DNA from: Mytilus californianus
Taxonomy: Eukaryota
DNA: 64,000 nucleotides
Assembly: GCF_021869535.1 (NCBI RefSeq)
Contig: NW_026262690.1
Coordinates: 18,848,001 to 18,912,000 of the forward strand
Direction of reading: 5' to 3'
Part shown: piece by piece, positions 37,321 through 51,357 of the stretch
Numbering within the stretch: position 1 is the first letter of the stretch
Layout of the letters: every line of letters begins with the position of its first letter
The notes under the pieces: generated by a model
What the model was told of the DNA's origin: nothing
The model's input: only the letters and a program-made list of their open reading frames with translations
The model's database searches: none
Program-made: the position numbers and the translations under genes

Positions 37321-38102
37321 TCTTTACTATTAAATATAAATTGAAATAACAAAAAATCTGTATGCAACGCATTTGGACATGACGTTATTTTTAATTATTG
37401 ACTGCACTTAATCATTTGTGCTTTTTTGAAGAGCAGAATACAATACAAGAAAGATGTAAAACGTTTGGAATAATTAATTGTTTGTAAAGAACAGAATTTC
37501 CACAGAATTTATCTGTGTAAAAATATTGATTTTTTACTTGCTGAGGCCGCATAACCTGTAGTACTAGTATTTAGGAGTGCCGAATTTATGAAAAATTTAA
37601 TTTCGTATCACGAAAAATTAATCACATGAGTAAAATCGTTTCCGCTTTGAAACAAGCCATCATGCATATGTAAGTTTACAATATGGACAGATGAATGAAA
37701 GAAAAGGTAACCATTGATTCCTACCTAAAATGAATTGAGCATATTGCCCCATTTGACTGTAGTGGATAGTTGTCTCATTGGCAATCATATCACATCTCTT
37801 ATTTTTACTTGCTTCGCCGAAGGCGAGGCAGGTCTAGTAAACACTTGACTCCGTCGGTCAGTCAGTCCGAGTTGCCTTCCGTCTTTCCGTCCGTCCGTTC
37901 GTCTGAAACGGTCATTTTGATATTAACATGATCTGAAAAGTCGGAACAATACATTTTTCAGTCATGTTCACTTTTTCAGTCAATTTTCAGACTTATCCAC
38001 TGCGGTAAATTCAGCACTGTTCAGACAATTCGCTTGCAGTCAATTCAGTACTGTTCAGTAGTTTTTTAAGACAATTCAGTATGATGTTGATGTGTACAGG
38101 TA

Positions 38103-41100
38103 AATATCGACTACTGTACAGTCTGATCATTGAATAAACAGATCTTAATTGAATGAAAGCGAATTGTCTGAACAGTACTGAATTTATCGCAGTGGATACA
38201 TTGTAAGTCTGAAAATTGTCAATGATATGTAAAATGACTTAATAATTCATTGATCAGTATTTTAAGAGCTGTTCAGACCAAATGACCGTTTCAGATCAAA
38301 ATTTGTTCACTAGTGATAGTTTGGTTTATTTTTCCCTTTTTAGCAATTTCCACATTGAAATAGGTAAATGGAGTAGATTCAAAGAGATAGATACAATCAG
38401 CCGAGTCATCAAACTTTATTCAGTTTCATGTCATTATGGTCATCATGTTTATAGCAGACCTTTCGCATAACTTTATGTTCAGTCTTTCAGAGACGTTCCT
38501 GTTGGATGTCTGTCTCATACGAATGAATAACAGGATCATCAGGAAGAGAAGCAAAAATGGTTCCCACACAATCCTAACAAAGTAAGAAGTGAATTGTTTG
38601 TCACATACTGCAATATGCAAAAAGATTTGCGTAACATCTCGTAACAAATAGTTTATTAAGGCGATAGTAGTTTACCGATGTTCAAAACCATGGTTCAATA
38701 AAAACTGGAAAAGTTATAAAATCAAAGAAAGCATGTTTTAAGGGCATAAATGTTGTCACCTATAAAAAAGTGAAATAACAAAAATATCGATATCCGAGGA
38801 ATTCAAAACAGAAAGTCCTTTATCAAATGGCAAAATCAAAAGCTAAAAAAACAAGCACTTATCACAGATTGATGATAATTAACACCAGTTTTTATTTTGA
38901 AGTTTTAAGGTTTTTGTTTCTGACCCGGATTTGTTTTCTCTTAATCGATTTATGACTATTGAACAGCGGTATGCTACTCTTGCCTTTTTTTAGAATGTTT
39001 CACTATATGTCTATACATTTAGGACATGCCTATCTCTTTAGAATGATTTTCATGGATTAGTGAAGGTAAGATTTCTTCTTTGTGCGAATCCATCCTCTCT
39101 GATTACACTGATCTTTTCATTTTTGAAAAAAAGTATTTACTTTTAATAATGTAGCAATAACATATCCACGACATTTTTAACCTACAAGTTATTTTTGAAT
39201 TTAGTCTTTGTATGTTTTGTGTGAAAATAAGATTATTGAATTAGTTATGCAACTATATTTACTCTTACTTTTGTGGCAACAACCTATTAACGACATTTAC
39301 AACCCACAATGTTTTTTTTCAACTTTAGCCTGTGAATCTCTTGAGTGATAACAAGCTAAGTGAGTTATCTATGTTATATCTTATTGAGTCTTTTCTTAGA
39401 GGAGAATTTGTAAAGTTTGTTGCACAAAATGTTAAAAACAAGTATACTATATATTTTGGGTAAAGAAAACCCTAATAAAACTGCAAAACACCATCCCAGA
39501 CTTCACGAAGAAGAGCAAATATTTACTCCATTCTACAATTCAAATTAAACCCCTTTGTACATCATTTAATGTCCATAAGTAATTCAATTGTTTCACAAAC
39601 TGTAAATGTAAATGAAAACACCATCTTTATTGGATCTTATACACAAACTGTGCTCCTTCAGGTGAGATTTTCTTGACGAGCCTTTATCAGCAAAGCTTGT
39701 TTTGTATTTAAAAATGAATAAACTGGGAATAGATTTAGTGTCCACCATGCTCGCAAAATTTAATGATCTAATGCGCATGCAAGATATACACAAAAAGTGA
39801 TTAACACGTCGGCAGCCAAATCCCTTTTTGTGCTTCTAACAAACAAATTGAATTCTTCAACGACATGAAAAGAATTGAAAATAAAGTTTATGTAGTCCAC
39901 CGCACTTCAGCATTACCACCGACGCACTTCAGCGTAGCTATCAACAAGATAGCGTTCCATGCCACCATTGAACGTCAGTGTGATAAAAAAACGCATTATT
40001 TATGGACATAAAATGATTAACTAAGGGAAAATATTTTTACTCATGTGATTAAATTTTCGGGGTACAAAGTGAGATTATATTTTTTCCAAATCGGGCAACC
40101 CCTAAATGTCCCACGTTATGCAGCCTCAGCACGTAATTCAATAAATTCAATAAAAATTCAATATTTTCACACAGATAAATTCTCTGGAAATTCAGTTCCG
40201 TACACACATTTAGTTACTCTAAAAATGTATATCTTTCTTGTATTGTATTTTTCTCTTAAAAAACACTAATGACTAAGCGCAGTCAATTACTAAAAAAAAA
40301 CATCATGTCGAAAAGCATTGCATACAGTATATTAGTTTCGATTTAAAGTAATAGTGAAGAGACGCATTATGGAATCTGACCCAAAATAACTTCGATTTGG
40401 TCACCATACGGCCTTCAACAATGAGTAGAACCTATACTGTATATCCAGCTATAAAGGTACCCAACATGACAAACAATGCTTAATAATAAACTTTCAATAC
40501 TATGAGAAACGGGGAGTGATTTGTGGAGAGGTGAAAGGTAACCTTCTGTAGTGGATTTTGTTTTCGAAATTTACAAAAGGTTCTTCTTTTACGTACGATA
40601 GAGCGTGGCATTATCCTAATACACAAAGGTCTGTGGACAGACCCTTCGTATCATAATAATACGGTAAACGAGGACCTCATGGGATGAACAAAGTAAAGAT
40701 AAAATGTTAACGCAGAATTATGTTCACATGCAGACAATCAAAGAGGACGATCTCTCATTTAGTATTCAACTGTACCTTAGAACATACATAGAAAATAACG
40801 AAGGAAAATTCGTCTACTTCTAAAAAAAGTTGCACATCTGCAGATTTTAACAAGCCATCACGCGTCATATAGACCATTGCATATCAGCGAACGGTCCATC
40901 ACACTTCCGCGCAGACCATCGCACTTGAGCGTGACCATAGCATCTCAGAGTCCTACATATATTTCATAGAAAATGTAAATTTTATAAATGTACTTAATAA
41001 GTATTAAGTATGACGATAAATTTTCACTTCTGTACTCGTACTGTGAACAACAAATTTATTAATTTTGTAAAAGATGTTTCCGTACTCCTAACAACAAAAT

Positions 41101-41935
41101 TATTACATTTAAATCTACCTGTGTACGTTGTTTTATTTAACACCATTTTGTCCCAGGAAAGAGTTGTCTTTTTGACACTGTTACTACATCTTATTTTTTT
41201 TTTAGTATTGTATTTATATTGTGTCATAAATCAAACTTATTCGTTCAGTGTATGTTAACTTTTTTTTTGTTTATATGTCTTTCTGATCGAATTAAGCCAT
41301 TTCAATTGATATTTTATAGTGTGTCTTTTTATGTTTTAATGTTACACTACAATCTTAGGTTAGGGTGAAGGTTAGCGCCTGTTAAAACGTTTAAACTCGC
41401 TGCAATTGTATGCACCTGTCCTAAGTCAGGAGTCTGTTCAGTGGTTGTCGTTTGTTTGTGTGGTTCATAAGTGTTTCTCGTTTCTCGTTTTTTATATAGA
41501 TTAGACCGTTGGTTTTCCTGTTTGAATTGTTTTACACTAGTCATTTTTGGGCCCATTATAGCTCGCTGTTCGGTGTGAGCCAAGGGTCCGTATTGACGGC
41601 TGTACTTTTACCTATACTTGTTTACTTTTTATACATTGTGAATTGGATGGATATTCTTATTGGCACTCATACTACATCTTCTTCTTTCTATTATCAAAAC
41701 TTCTTTGAACACCGGTATACTACTGTTGCCTTTGACTTTGCCTGTATCTATAATTACATTCTAGATTACATTGAACGTTCTATATATATATAATAAGTAA
41801 ATTATTCGGTGATTGATTTCGTTGCCACAGATTGCTTACCATTTTACTAGATTCTATCACAGATACAAATATTTCGTTTGGAAGTTTGGATGCATCTGTA
41901 GAATTCTTATCAAAAACAGAATATTCTTATATACA
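38103..41935 (+). repeat. Segmental duplication copy X2
   Basis: See X1; X2 retains ~150 bp (39740-39890) missing from X1. Confidence 0.9.
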
Positions 41936-42311
41936 GTATAAATGTAAAATTCTTGATTATTTAAATCAAAATTATAATCACGGTAGCGGTAGGTTTTATC
42001 AAATCTATCAATTCATTGCAATTTAGACGCATCTTCATTGGGTTGGCCATACACTGTGATTCATAACAAAAAATAAGCGAACGAAACAAAATTGATATAT
42101 AAGTCGAAAACAAACTGCCAATGCAATGGCAAAAAGAAACCGAAAACTTCGAAAAGACAAACATTAGTACACAAAACACAACATAGAAAACTAACAAAAT
42201 GAGCAACACGAAACTCACTAAAAGCCTTGGGTGATAATTAAGGAACAAGGCTGCTATTAAAGAGGCGCGATTGGTACCAGAATGAATGACTACAACCTGT
42301 CTTTAAACTTT

Positions 42312-45300
42312 GTCTATATGACGGGTGATGGCTAGTTAAAATCTGCAGATGTGCAATTATTATTAGAAGTAGATTTTTCTAATAGGTAGTAGATGAATAA
42401 TTTTCGTTTGTTATTGTCTAGGTATGTCCTTAGTTACAGTTGAATACTAAATGAGAGATCCTCCTCTTTTATTTGCTGCATGTGAACATAATTCTCCATT
42501 AACATTTTAAATTTACTTTGTTCCTCCCATGAGTTCCTCGTTTATCGTATTAGTATGATACGAAGAGTCTGTCTGCGGACCTGTATGTATTAAGATAATG
42601 CCACGCTCTATTGTACGTAAAAAAAAAAACCCTTTGAAAAACTTCAAAAAAAAACCGATATAGAAGGTTAACTTTCCTCTGTCCACCAATCACTCCCCGT
42701 TTCCTATTGTATTAAAAGTTTATTACTAAGACATTTTCTGTCATGTGAGGTCCCTTTATAGCTGGATGTACAGTATGGGTTTTACTCACTGTTGAAGACC
42801 GTACGGTGACTTATTATAGTTCCTTCTATCGAAGCCATTTGGGTCAATATCCATAATGCGTCTCTTAACTATTAACTATAAATTGAAATAAATAACCTGT
42901 ATGAAATGTTTTTGGACATGATGTTATTTTTAGTAATTGACTGCGCTTAACCATTTATGTCTTTTATATATGCACAACAATAAAGACGTAAAAAGTAACT
43001 GTTTGTACGGAACTGAATTTCCAGAGAATTTATCTTTGTGAAAATGTTGAATTTTTACTTGCTGAGGCTGCATAACGTGGGGCAATTAAGGGGTTGCCAG
43101 ATTTGTGGAAAATATAATCTCACTTTGTACCCCAAAAATTTAATCACATGAGTAAAAACGTTTCCCCTTTGTATATGAGTTTATGTCAATAAATAATGTT
43201 CAAACTAAAGAGCAATGGTGGCATAGGGACGCTATCTTGTTGAAAGCTACGCTGAAGTGCGTCGGTGGAAACACTGAAGTGCGGTGGACTACATAAACTA
43301 TATGTTCAATGCTTTTCATGTCGTTGAAGAAATCAATTTATTTGTTAGAAGCACAAAAAGTGATTTGGCTGCCGACGTATTAATCACTTTTTGTGTTTAT
43401 CTTGTGAGATTATATTTTTTTCCAAATCGGGCAACCCCTAAATGTCCCACGTTATGCAGCCTCAGCACGTAATTCAATAAATTCAATAAAAATTCAATAT
43501 TTTCACACAGATAAATTCTCTGGAAATTCAGTTCCGTACACACATTTAGTTACTCTAAAAATGTATATCTTTCTTGTATTGTATTTTTCTCTTAAAAAAC
43601 ACTAATGACTAAGCGCAGTCAATTACTAAAAATAACATCATGTCGAAAAGCATTGCATACAGGATATTAGTTTCAATTTAAAGTAATAGTGAAGAGACGC
43701 ATTATGGAATCTGACCCAAAATGACTTCGATTTGGTCACCATACAACAATGAGTAGAACCTATACTGTATATCCAGCTATAAAGGTACCCAAAATGACAA
43801 ACAATGCTTAATAATAAACTTTCAATACTATGAGAAACGGGGAGTGATTTGTGGAGAGGTGAAAGGTAACCTTCTGTAGTGGATTTTGTTTTCGAAATTT
43901 ACAAAAGGTTCTTCTTTTACGTACGATAGAGCGTGGCATTATCCTAATACACAAAAGTCCGTAGACAGACCCTTCGTATCATAATAATACGGTAAACGAG
44001 GACCTCATGGGATGATCAAAGTAAAGATAAAATGTTAACGCAGAATTATGTTCACATGCAGACAATCAAAGAGGACGATCTCTCATTTAGTATTCAACTG
44101 TACCTTAGAACATACATAGAAAATAACGAAGGAAAATTCGTCTACTTCTAAAAAAAAATTGCACATCTGCAGATTTTAACAAGCCATCACGCGTCATATA
44201 GACCATTGCATATCAGCGAACGGTCCATCACACTTCCGCGCATGCGTATTAGATCATTAAATTTTACAAGCATGGTGCACACTAAATCTATTAACAGTTT
44301 ATTTATTTTTAAATATAAAACAAGCGTTGCTGATAAAGGCTCGCCAAGAATAGTGCACCTGAAGGAGTTTGTGTATCAGTATCATTAAAAATGATGTTTT
44401 CATTTACATTTACAGCATCTTGAAATCTTGAAAAAATTCTATTACTTATGGACAAAAAATGATATACAAAGGGGTTTTAATTTGAATTGCAAAATGGAGT
44501 AAAGATTTGTTCTTCTTCGGGAAGTCTGGGATGGTGTTTTGTAGTTTTAGTAGAGTTTACTTTACCTAAAACAAACTTTAAAAATTCTCCTCTAAGAAAA
44601 GACTCAATAAGATGTAACATGAATAAATCACTTAGCGTGTTATCACTCAAGAGATACACAGGCTAAAATTTGAAAATAAAAACATTGTGGGTTGAAAATG
44701 TAGTTGATAGGTTATTGCCACATAAGTAAGAGTAAATATAGTTGCATAACTAATTCAATAAGCTTATTTTCACACAAGACATACAAAGATTAAATACAAA
44801 AATAACTTGTAGGCTAAAAATGTCGTGGATATGTTATTGCCACGTTATTAAGAGTAAATACTGTTTCAAAAATGAAAATATCATTGTAATCAGAGAGGAT
44901 GGACGCGCAACAAAGAAGAAATCTTACCTTCATTAATCCACGAAAATCATTCTAAAGAGATAGGCATGTCCTAAATGTATAGACATATAGTAAAACATTC
45001 TAAAACTTCAAATAAAAACTGGTGTTAATTGTCATCAATCTGTGATAAGTGCTTGTTTTTTGAGCTTTTGATTTTGCCATTTGATAAAGGACTTTCCGTT
45101 TTGAATTCCTTTGTTGTTTCACTTTTTGTTAGGTTACAACATTTATGCCCTTAAAACATGGTTTCTTTAATTTTATAACTTTTCCAGTCTTAACATCAGT
45201 AAACTACCATCGCCTTAATTAAACTATTTGTTATGAGATGTTAAGCAAATCTTTTTGCATATTGCAGTATGTGACAAACAATTCACTTCTTGCTTTGTTA

Positions 45301-45678
45301 GGATTGTGTGGGAATCAATTCTTCTTCTCTTCCTGATGATCCTGTTATTCATTCGTATGAGACAGACATCCAACAGGAACGTATCTGAAAGACTGAACAT
45401 AAAGTTATGACATAATGACCATGATGACATGAAACTGAATAAAGTTGGTTGACTCGACTGATCTCTTCGAATCTACTCAATTTACTTACTTCAATGTGGA
45501 AATTGCTAAAAAGGGTAAACTAAACCAAACTATCACTAGTAAACAAATTTTGATCTGAAACGGTCATTTGGTCTGAACAGCTCTTAAAATGTGGATCAAT
45601 AAATTATTAAGTCATTTTACATATCACCGTCAATTTTCAGACTTATCCACTACGATAAATTCAGTACTGTTCAGACAA
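42312..45678 (-). repeat. Inverted segmental duplication copy Y of ~38150-40880, containing an oppositely oriented insert at 43405-44242
   Basis: Reverse-complement matches to X1/X2 throughout, e.g. 45230-45450 versus 38420-38650 and 43280-43400 versus 39790-39900. Confidence 0.88.
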
Positions 45679-45878
45679 AACTGAAAATTTAATCACATGA
45701 GTAAATACGTTTCCTCTTTGAAACAAGCCAGCATACATAACCAAGTTTACAATATGGACAGATGAATGGAAGAAAAGGTTATCATTGACGCCTACCTAAA
45801 ATAAATTGCGCATATTGTTCTATTTGACTTTGGTGGATAGTTGTTTCATTGGCAATCATATCACATCTCTTTATTTTA

Positions 45879-46432
45879 ACCTGCTTCGTCGAAGTCGGAA
45901 GCAGGTCTAGTAGCGTCTCGCGATGTCCGTCAGTTCGTCCGTTTTACCATCCGTCTTTCCGACCGTCTGTTCGTCCAAAATAAAACTTTTGTCAAAGTGT
46001 TCTTGGCTTCTATGAAATAGAATGATTTAATATTTGGTCTGCAATTATATAATATTCAATTGTAGCGAGTAAGCAATGTTTACATCTGCCATGTATCCAC
46101 TTCCTGTTTGCCGACAGTTTGAAATTTTACAACACTCATTGTAGAAGGAAAGTTTTTTCGGCTCCTATTGAAGGGAATGATTTGACATTTGGTCTGTAGC
46201 TTGATAATATTGAGTTGTAGCAAGTAAGCAGTTTTTACATCTGCCATGAGGCCACTTCCTGTTTGCCGATAACTTGAAATTCTACAACACAAACTTTTCT
46301 TGGCATCAGTGAGAGGGAATGATCAGTTATGCTCCAGTATAAATATTACCTCAATCAGTTACATGCAGCGACTCAGATCCAGACCCGGTATATTTATATT
46401 AAGCAAACACACTCGTGCAGTCATTTTTTTTT
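45879..46432 (+). mobile_element. HINE/pearl-like non-autonomous element: 5' hairpin, GTCC-rich tract, two ~155-bp internal repeats, T-run end
   Basis: Hairpin ACCTGCTTC..GAAGCAGGT at 45879-45906; repeat units start at ~46023 and ~46178; truncated duplicate at 37807-37905. A 3' subterminal repeat is not clearly seen. Confidence 0.5.
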
Positions 46433-47391
46433 ACTACGTAATGCTGATTCGAATATTGCATTTGGTTTAAGGTCTCCCAATATTTCTGGACTAAACAATT
46501 CTGCCAATGTGCAATAAATGTGCATCTTTTGATTTATTGGTTCCTCAGTTTAAATTTTCTGTGCGTACTTTTTATACAATATTCAGTTTAAATCGTGTTA
46601 ATAGCTAACGAGCCGACATATGTAGTTCGTTGTTAGCCATATTTCATGTTTTCGGAAAGTAAGTATACAAGGTACAAGTCTACAAAAAATCAAAAGCCAA
46701 ATTAATAAGATATATTGTAAGGTATTTCCCGATGAATTAGCAACTTTATTAGTGATACTTCCGTGATATATCCTACTCTCAAAGCTCAAAGATTGGATCA
46801 AATCGGTCCTCCAGTTCATAAAGAAATTATAGCAAACACATTTTCTATCTGCCCAATGAGTATGTGGAAAACGGGCATTAAATCAAATGAAACAGAAAAG
46901 GTTATAAGGTTAACGGCATTTAAATCAATTTGTTTGCGGTACACATTTAACTGAACTCTGAGTTGTTACTCACAAATGATACCCAAGATAAAGTTTTCAG
47001 TGAACAGGATCTTGATGCGCAATGTATGTAAATACTGGACAGACGAATACACGGGCGGACGAAAGAACAGGCTAAACCAGGACGATATCGTCCTTTCGGA
47101 GCGGGATACGAAATTGGGTTTGATAGAACACAAAGAGAATTCCTGATTTTTTACATATAATTTATATAATTATTTACATCAAGCAAAATAATTAACAAAA
47201 AATGTGTAATTATATGACAGCAGATACAGTTTTTGTTTGCATTTCCATGTGCATGTGTCCCACCAGAAGACACACATTCTTAAGTGTTTAATATTTTTAG
47301 TTCTCAGGTAAACCATTTATTCAATGTCTGCATACACAAAATATCTTTGAATCTTTATGCTAGAACAATAATACGGTTTTTTGGCAATAAC

Positions 47392-47763
47392 TCATAAGTT
47401 ACACATAAGTTCTTGTGATATCTTCCGAAGTCCATTTCTTTCAGCATAATATAGAGCTGTTCTTCCAAACATGTCTTTTGGGTGCACAGACGCTCCTTCT
47501 TTTAAGAGGAATCGCACAAAACACAATTTTTCTTCATTTTCATTGGTAGTGGTTCGACATAAGGTTATTAACAAAGATTCTTCAGAAGAATTTTTACAAT
47601 TAATATCAAATCTGCCATTGATTAAAATTCTGGCCAACATGATATATCCTTCTGCAATAGCATTAAAAACTTCTTTCTGATTTCTGCTTTCTTTCCTCTT
47701 TTTAGCATCGTGTCTCCATTTAGAATTCTTAATTTTCTCTTGTAGATATTTGAAAAGCGACAT
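47392..47763 (-). CDS. Small ankyrin-repeat protein, 123 aa from ATG, copy 2
   Basis: Intact, same length as copy 1; 14 substitutions over the 128-aa ORF-track translations; flanks are more diverged and carry indels. Confidence 0.75.
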   Translation of the reverse strand: MSLFKYLQEKIKNSKWRHDAKKRKESRNQKEVFNAIAEGYIMLARILINGRFDINCKNSSEESLLITLCRTTTNENEEKLCFVRFLLKEGASVHPKDMFGRTALYYAERNGLRKISQELMCNL

Positions 47764-48089
47764 AGTCTTTGGTAGCACAATATTATATTAATAAACCCAT
47801 TGTCCATTTCATCCCTTTTATAACAAAAATGTGATATATAGCATGCTGTTTATTAGCACTTCCTACATTTTTGTTTTCATAACACTCATTTAGACACATA
47901 GAATTATGTTTTTGTTTACTTCTTTTGTGTTCTCTTTTATATCAACATTGTTCACACATTATGCTGTTTGTTCATCAGGATTTCTTATTGTTTTTCCTTT
48001 ATTTCTATTCTATTGAAATATTGCTGTGTTATTATGTTTCGCATGAGCATTCGAAATTACAATATTTATCACTGATATTACAGTACTTT

Positions 48090-48480
48090 TAATTTTATGC
48101 GTCCGAAGCGCTGTTTTTGATTTTCCCTTCAGCAGGAACGACCAAAGCTGTATATTTAAAAGCCAAGGATGTATAAGAATGACCAAAGCGGATTTAAGAT
48201 AAAAGCAAATCCATCGTAGGTCATATTTGCCTGAGGGAGTTGATACCTTAATTTCTCAATACTTAAGCTTTCTCAATTTATGATATATATTTTGTAAAGT
48301 ATACACTGGTTATTCTATAATCATTAACGATACCAGTTTTACTACACAAGTTGTACATATTGACAAAAACGTCTCTTCTGTGATGTTTAATGCCAAAATA
48401 TTTGAAAATCCAAAATAAACCAAAAAGGTCAAAAAGTATAGCCATAGCGAAGAAAGTAATCAAAACTTTGCCTTATTCTA
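48090..48480. repeat. Degenerate dispersed repeat fragment
   Basis: ATGCGTCCGAAGCGC...AAGCCAAGGATGTATAAG..TTTGCCTGAGGGAGTTGA recognised from memory as a bivalve repeat; not verified. Confidence 0.45.
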
Positions 48481-50049
48481 AAATATTTTTCAAAATTTTG
48501 AAACAACAAATTTACTTAACACAATTTTAATTGGGAGATACATACTTCATTTGCAGATTTGGCTAGAATGTTATTACACTGAATTGGAATGTGAACAATG
48601 GGAAAATTCAAATTATCTCTTTCTTTTACTATAACTTAGTTTACCCTTTTGGCAATCTAAGTACGTGTATGGAGCGAATTCAAAGGGAGAGATGCGATCA
48701 ACTGAGTCGAGTCTTCACACCTTATTCAGTTTTATTCATTACGTTTATTGCAGATCTATAGCAGATGTTCAGTCTTCTAGAGAAGCTCCTGTAGGACGCC
48801 TCTCTCATACGAATAAGGAACAGGATCGTCAGGAAGAGAGCACATTTGGTTTCCAATCAAAACTGACCAAGTCTGAAGTGTATTGTTTGTCAAATTTTGC
48901 AATATACAGAACGATTTGCCTAACATATCATAACAAATAGTTTAAATAAGGCGACAGTAGTTTACTAATGTTCAAAGCGATTTTATGATCAATGGTTCAT
49001 AATAGACAGGAAAATGTACTGAAACAAGGAAGGCATGTTTGTTAAGGGCAGACATGTTGTTACCAAACAATAAGTTCTTATCAACGACTTATGAAGAGTT
49101 TGATACCACTTTTTTGTTTATGTTTGTGAATATTGTATTTTCTATCAGCACATTAAGGACAGGCCGATTTCTTTATGCCTTCTTATTCGTGTGCGTCTAT
49201 TCTCTCTGATTCACATGATATTTCCAGTTTAAACTCTTAATAATGTGTCAGTATCCTATCCACGACCATTTATTTTTAGCCTGTGTATGTATCATGTCAT
49301 AACAAGCTAATTGATTTATTTATGCCACATTTTATCGAGTGGTTTTTTCGATCCTTAAAATATCTAGAGGAACTTGTGAAAGAAAGAGTTAGAAACAAGA
49401 TTTAGTATACTATTTTTTGGGTAAAACTCACTACAACTATCAAATACTATCAGGATTACCAAATAAGAACAAATCAAGTGTTCAATTCGAGTTAAATCCT
49501 TTTGTATATCATTGGAAAATCTGAAAGCTTTGGTCCATAATCATTGCATTTTTTCTGCAAATGTTAATAAAAACGCCGTCATGCAGGAATCTTTTACAAA
49601 AACAACTTTTTCTCATTTGGTTGCATTTTCTTGACGACCCTTTATCAGGAATCCTTGATTTTTTCTTTAAACATGAATAACTATGAACAGACTCAGTGTG
49701 CACCATACGATTTAAATCTAATTATCTAATACGTATGTAAGCTATATTCATATAGTGATATAACTTGAAAAAATTATAAAATCCAAATTTTGATAAAAAT
49801 TCAATAACTTTCATTCTATATGTTTTTAAAGTGATGAGTCTCATATATTCATCCGTCGATTTGGAATCTTATTTTATTATAACGTCCGATTGGACTTCGA
49901 TTTGGGAAATGGACGTCCATTAGAGACCCTTACGTCGATCTGAATGCAACATATATTATATGGAAAATGTAAATTCTATAAATATACTTTATCTTCTTAA
50001 ATTTTTTTTAATATTTATTGCAGTCAGGTAAGGATAAAAAACACATCAA

Positions 50050-50460
50050 AGATACAAGGCTTTTAAATTGTCAAACGTGCACTTTTTCTACCTCAGACTC
50101 ATCAGTGGTGCCCGAATCAAAACAAGTGGGAGACTAAGAATTTCAAAGCCAAAAAATTATGTCAAATACGGCTTAGGCAATCTATGCAACGGGAAGAAAA
50201 ACCTAACGTTTCAAATTACTCAACATTTCATAAACAGTAAATTCACTGAGAATCATTAGATATCTACCAAGGATATTTAATGACAACATAACAACGCTAT
50301 TGGGCTGGTGAAATTCCCGGGAACAACCAAGCTTTATTGTTATGATGTTAACACCCAGGGCATTTCAAAGATTTGAAAAAAAAATAAATTACAAAACAAA
50401 ACCCAGACGTTTCTTATTAAATTCAATGCTCTTTGGAAAAATCGATCAGACCCTTTAGCT
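50050..50460. repeat. Degenerate dispersed repeat fragment; related remnant at 54590-54910
   Basis: AGACTCATCAGTG..CGAATC and GGGCTGGTGA..CCCGGG; the 54.6-kb remnant shows CCCCGAGAGTATCA..GTGGTCAGTGCTTCGG in the opposite orientation. Confidence 0.45.
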
Positions 50461-51357
50461 ACGAAGATATTGTTGGTTGCAGTTAAAGTTTTTATCTTAT
50501 ATTTGTTTGATAAAGAGTTTCTCTTTTGCTCTGCATATATACTTTATATCCGATCGTAGCAAGAGAAGTCTTAATATAATTTTTCATGTGCAATTTTCTA
50601 AAGAGTCAATACTGGCTGATCATTCAGTTAATTTTATCGAATTTGCATTCATTACAAATTTAACAAAAAACTCTTTTTAAATGATGTATAATTTCATATT
50701 GTATTATCTAAATCGATCTATGACTAGACAAATGAATTATTGCACTCAAATCATAACAAAATTGTTTTGTATAAACAAAAATATTGATGGGATTACACAT
50801 CCACACAACAGATCAATTTAAATATCTCGCATGACTGACAATTTATTTTATTAACTAAAACTTTGTAAAAATTTCTGATAAAACAAGTGTAGTCTGATGT
50901 CTTAGTAATAAAATGGCGGAATTAGTTAACAAATAAAAATCAGTAAATACCAAATATTGAGGTAAAAAAAATTATTATAAGCAGTGTAGATTACAGTTTG
51001 AGTCGGACAAGTTTACTCTTAATTTTATACACAAAAATTTAAAAGATGTTGAAACTGGTAGTGCTTGGAGGACTTTGTATTGAACACATAACCCATCTAG
51101 GCTAGATATTAGATTGCTTGTGTATTAAATTTATTGCATTTTTAAGTATCCAGTCTCAGCTATCTTTTGACTCACTTTTGATTTAGGTAGGGAAACCACG
51201 AATTCGTGCCAGGTCTGAAAGAACATACAAGAAATTAGTACATATTTTAAACAGAATACTTCCTACGCGTAGCTGTCTCTTCATCAATAAGTAAAATAAT
51301 ATTTTGGTAATTGTTAAAAATTTCTCGTAAATTATTAGAAAAAAATATATGAAATGA

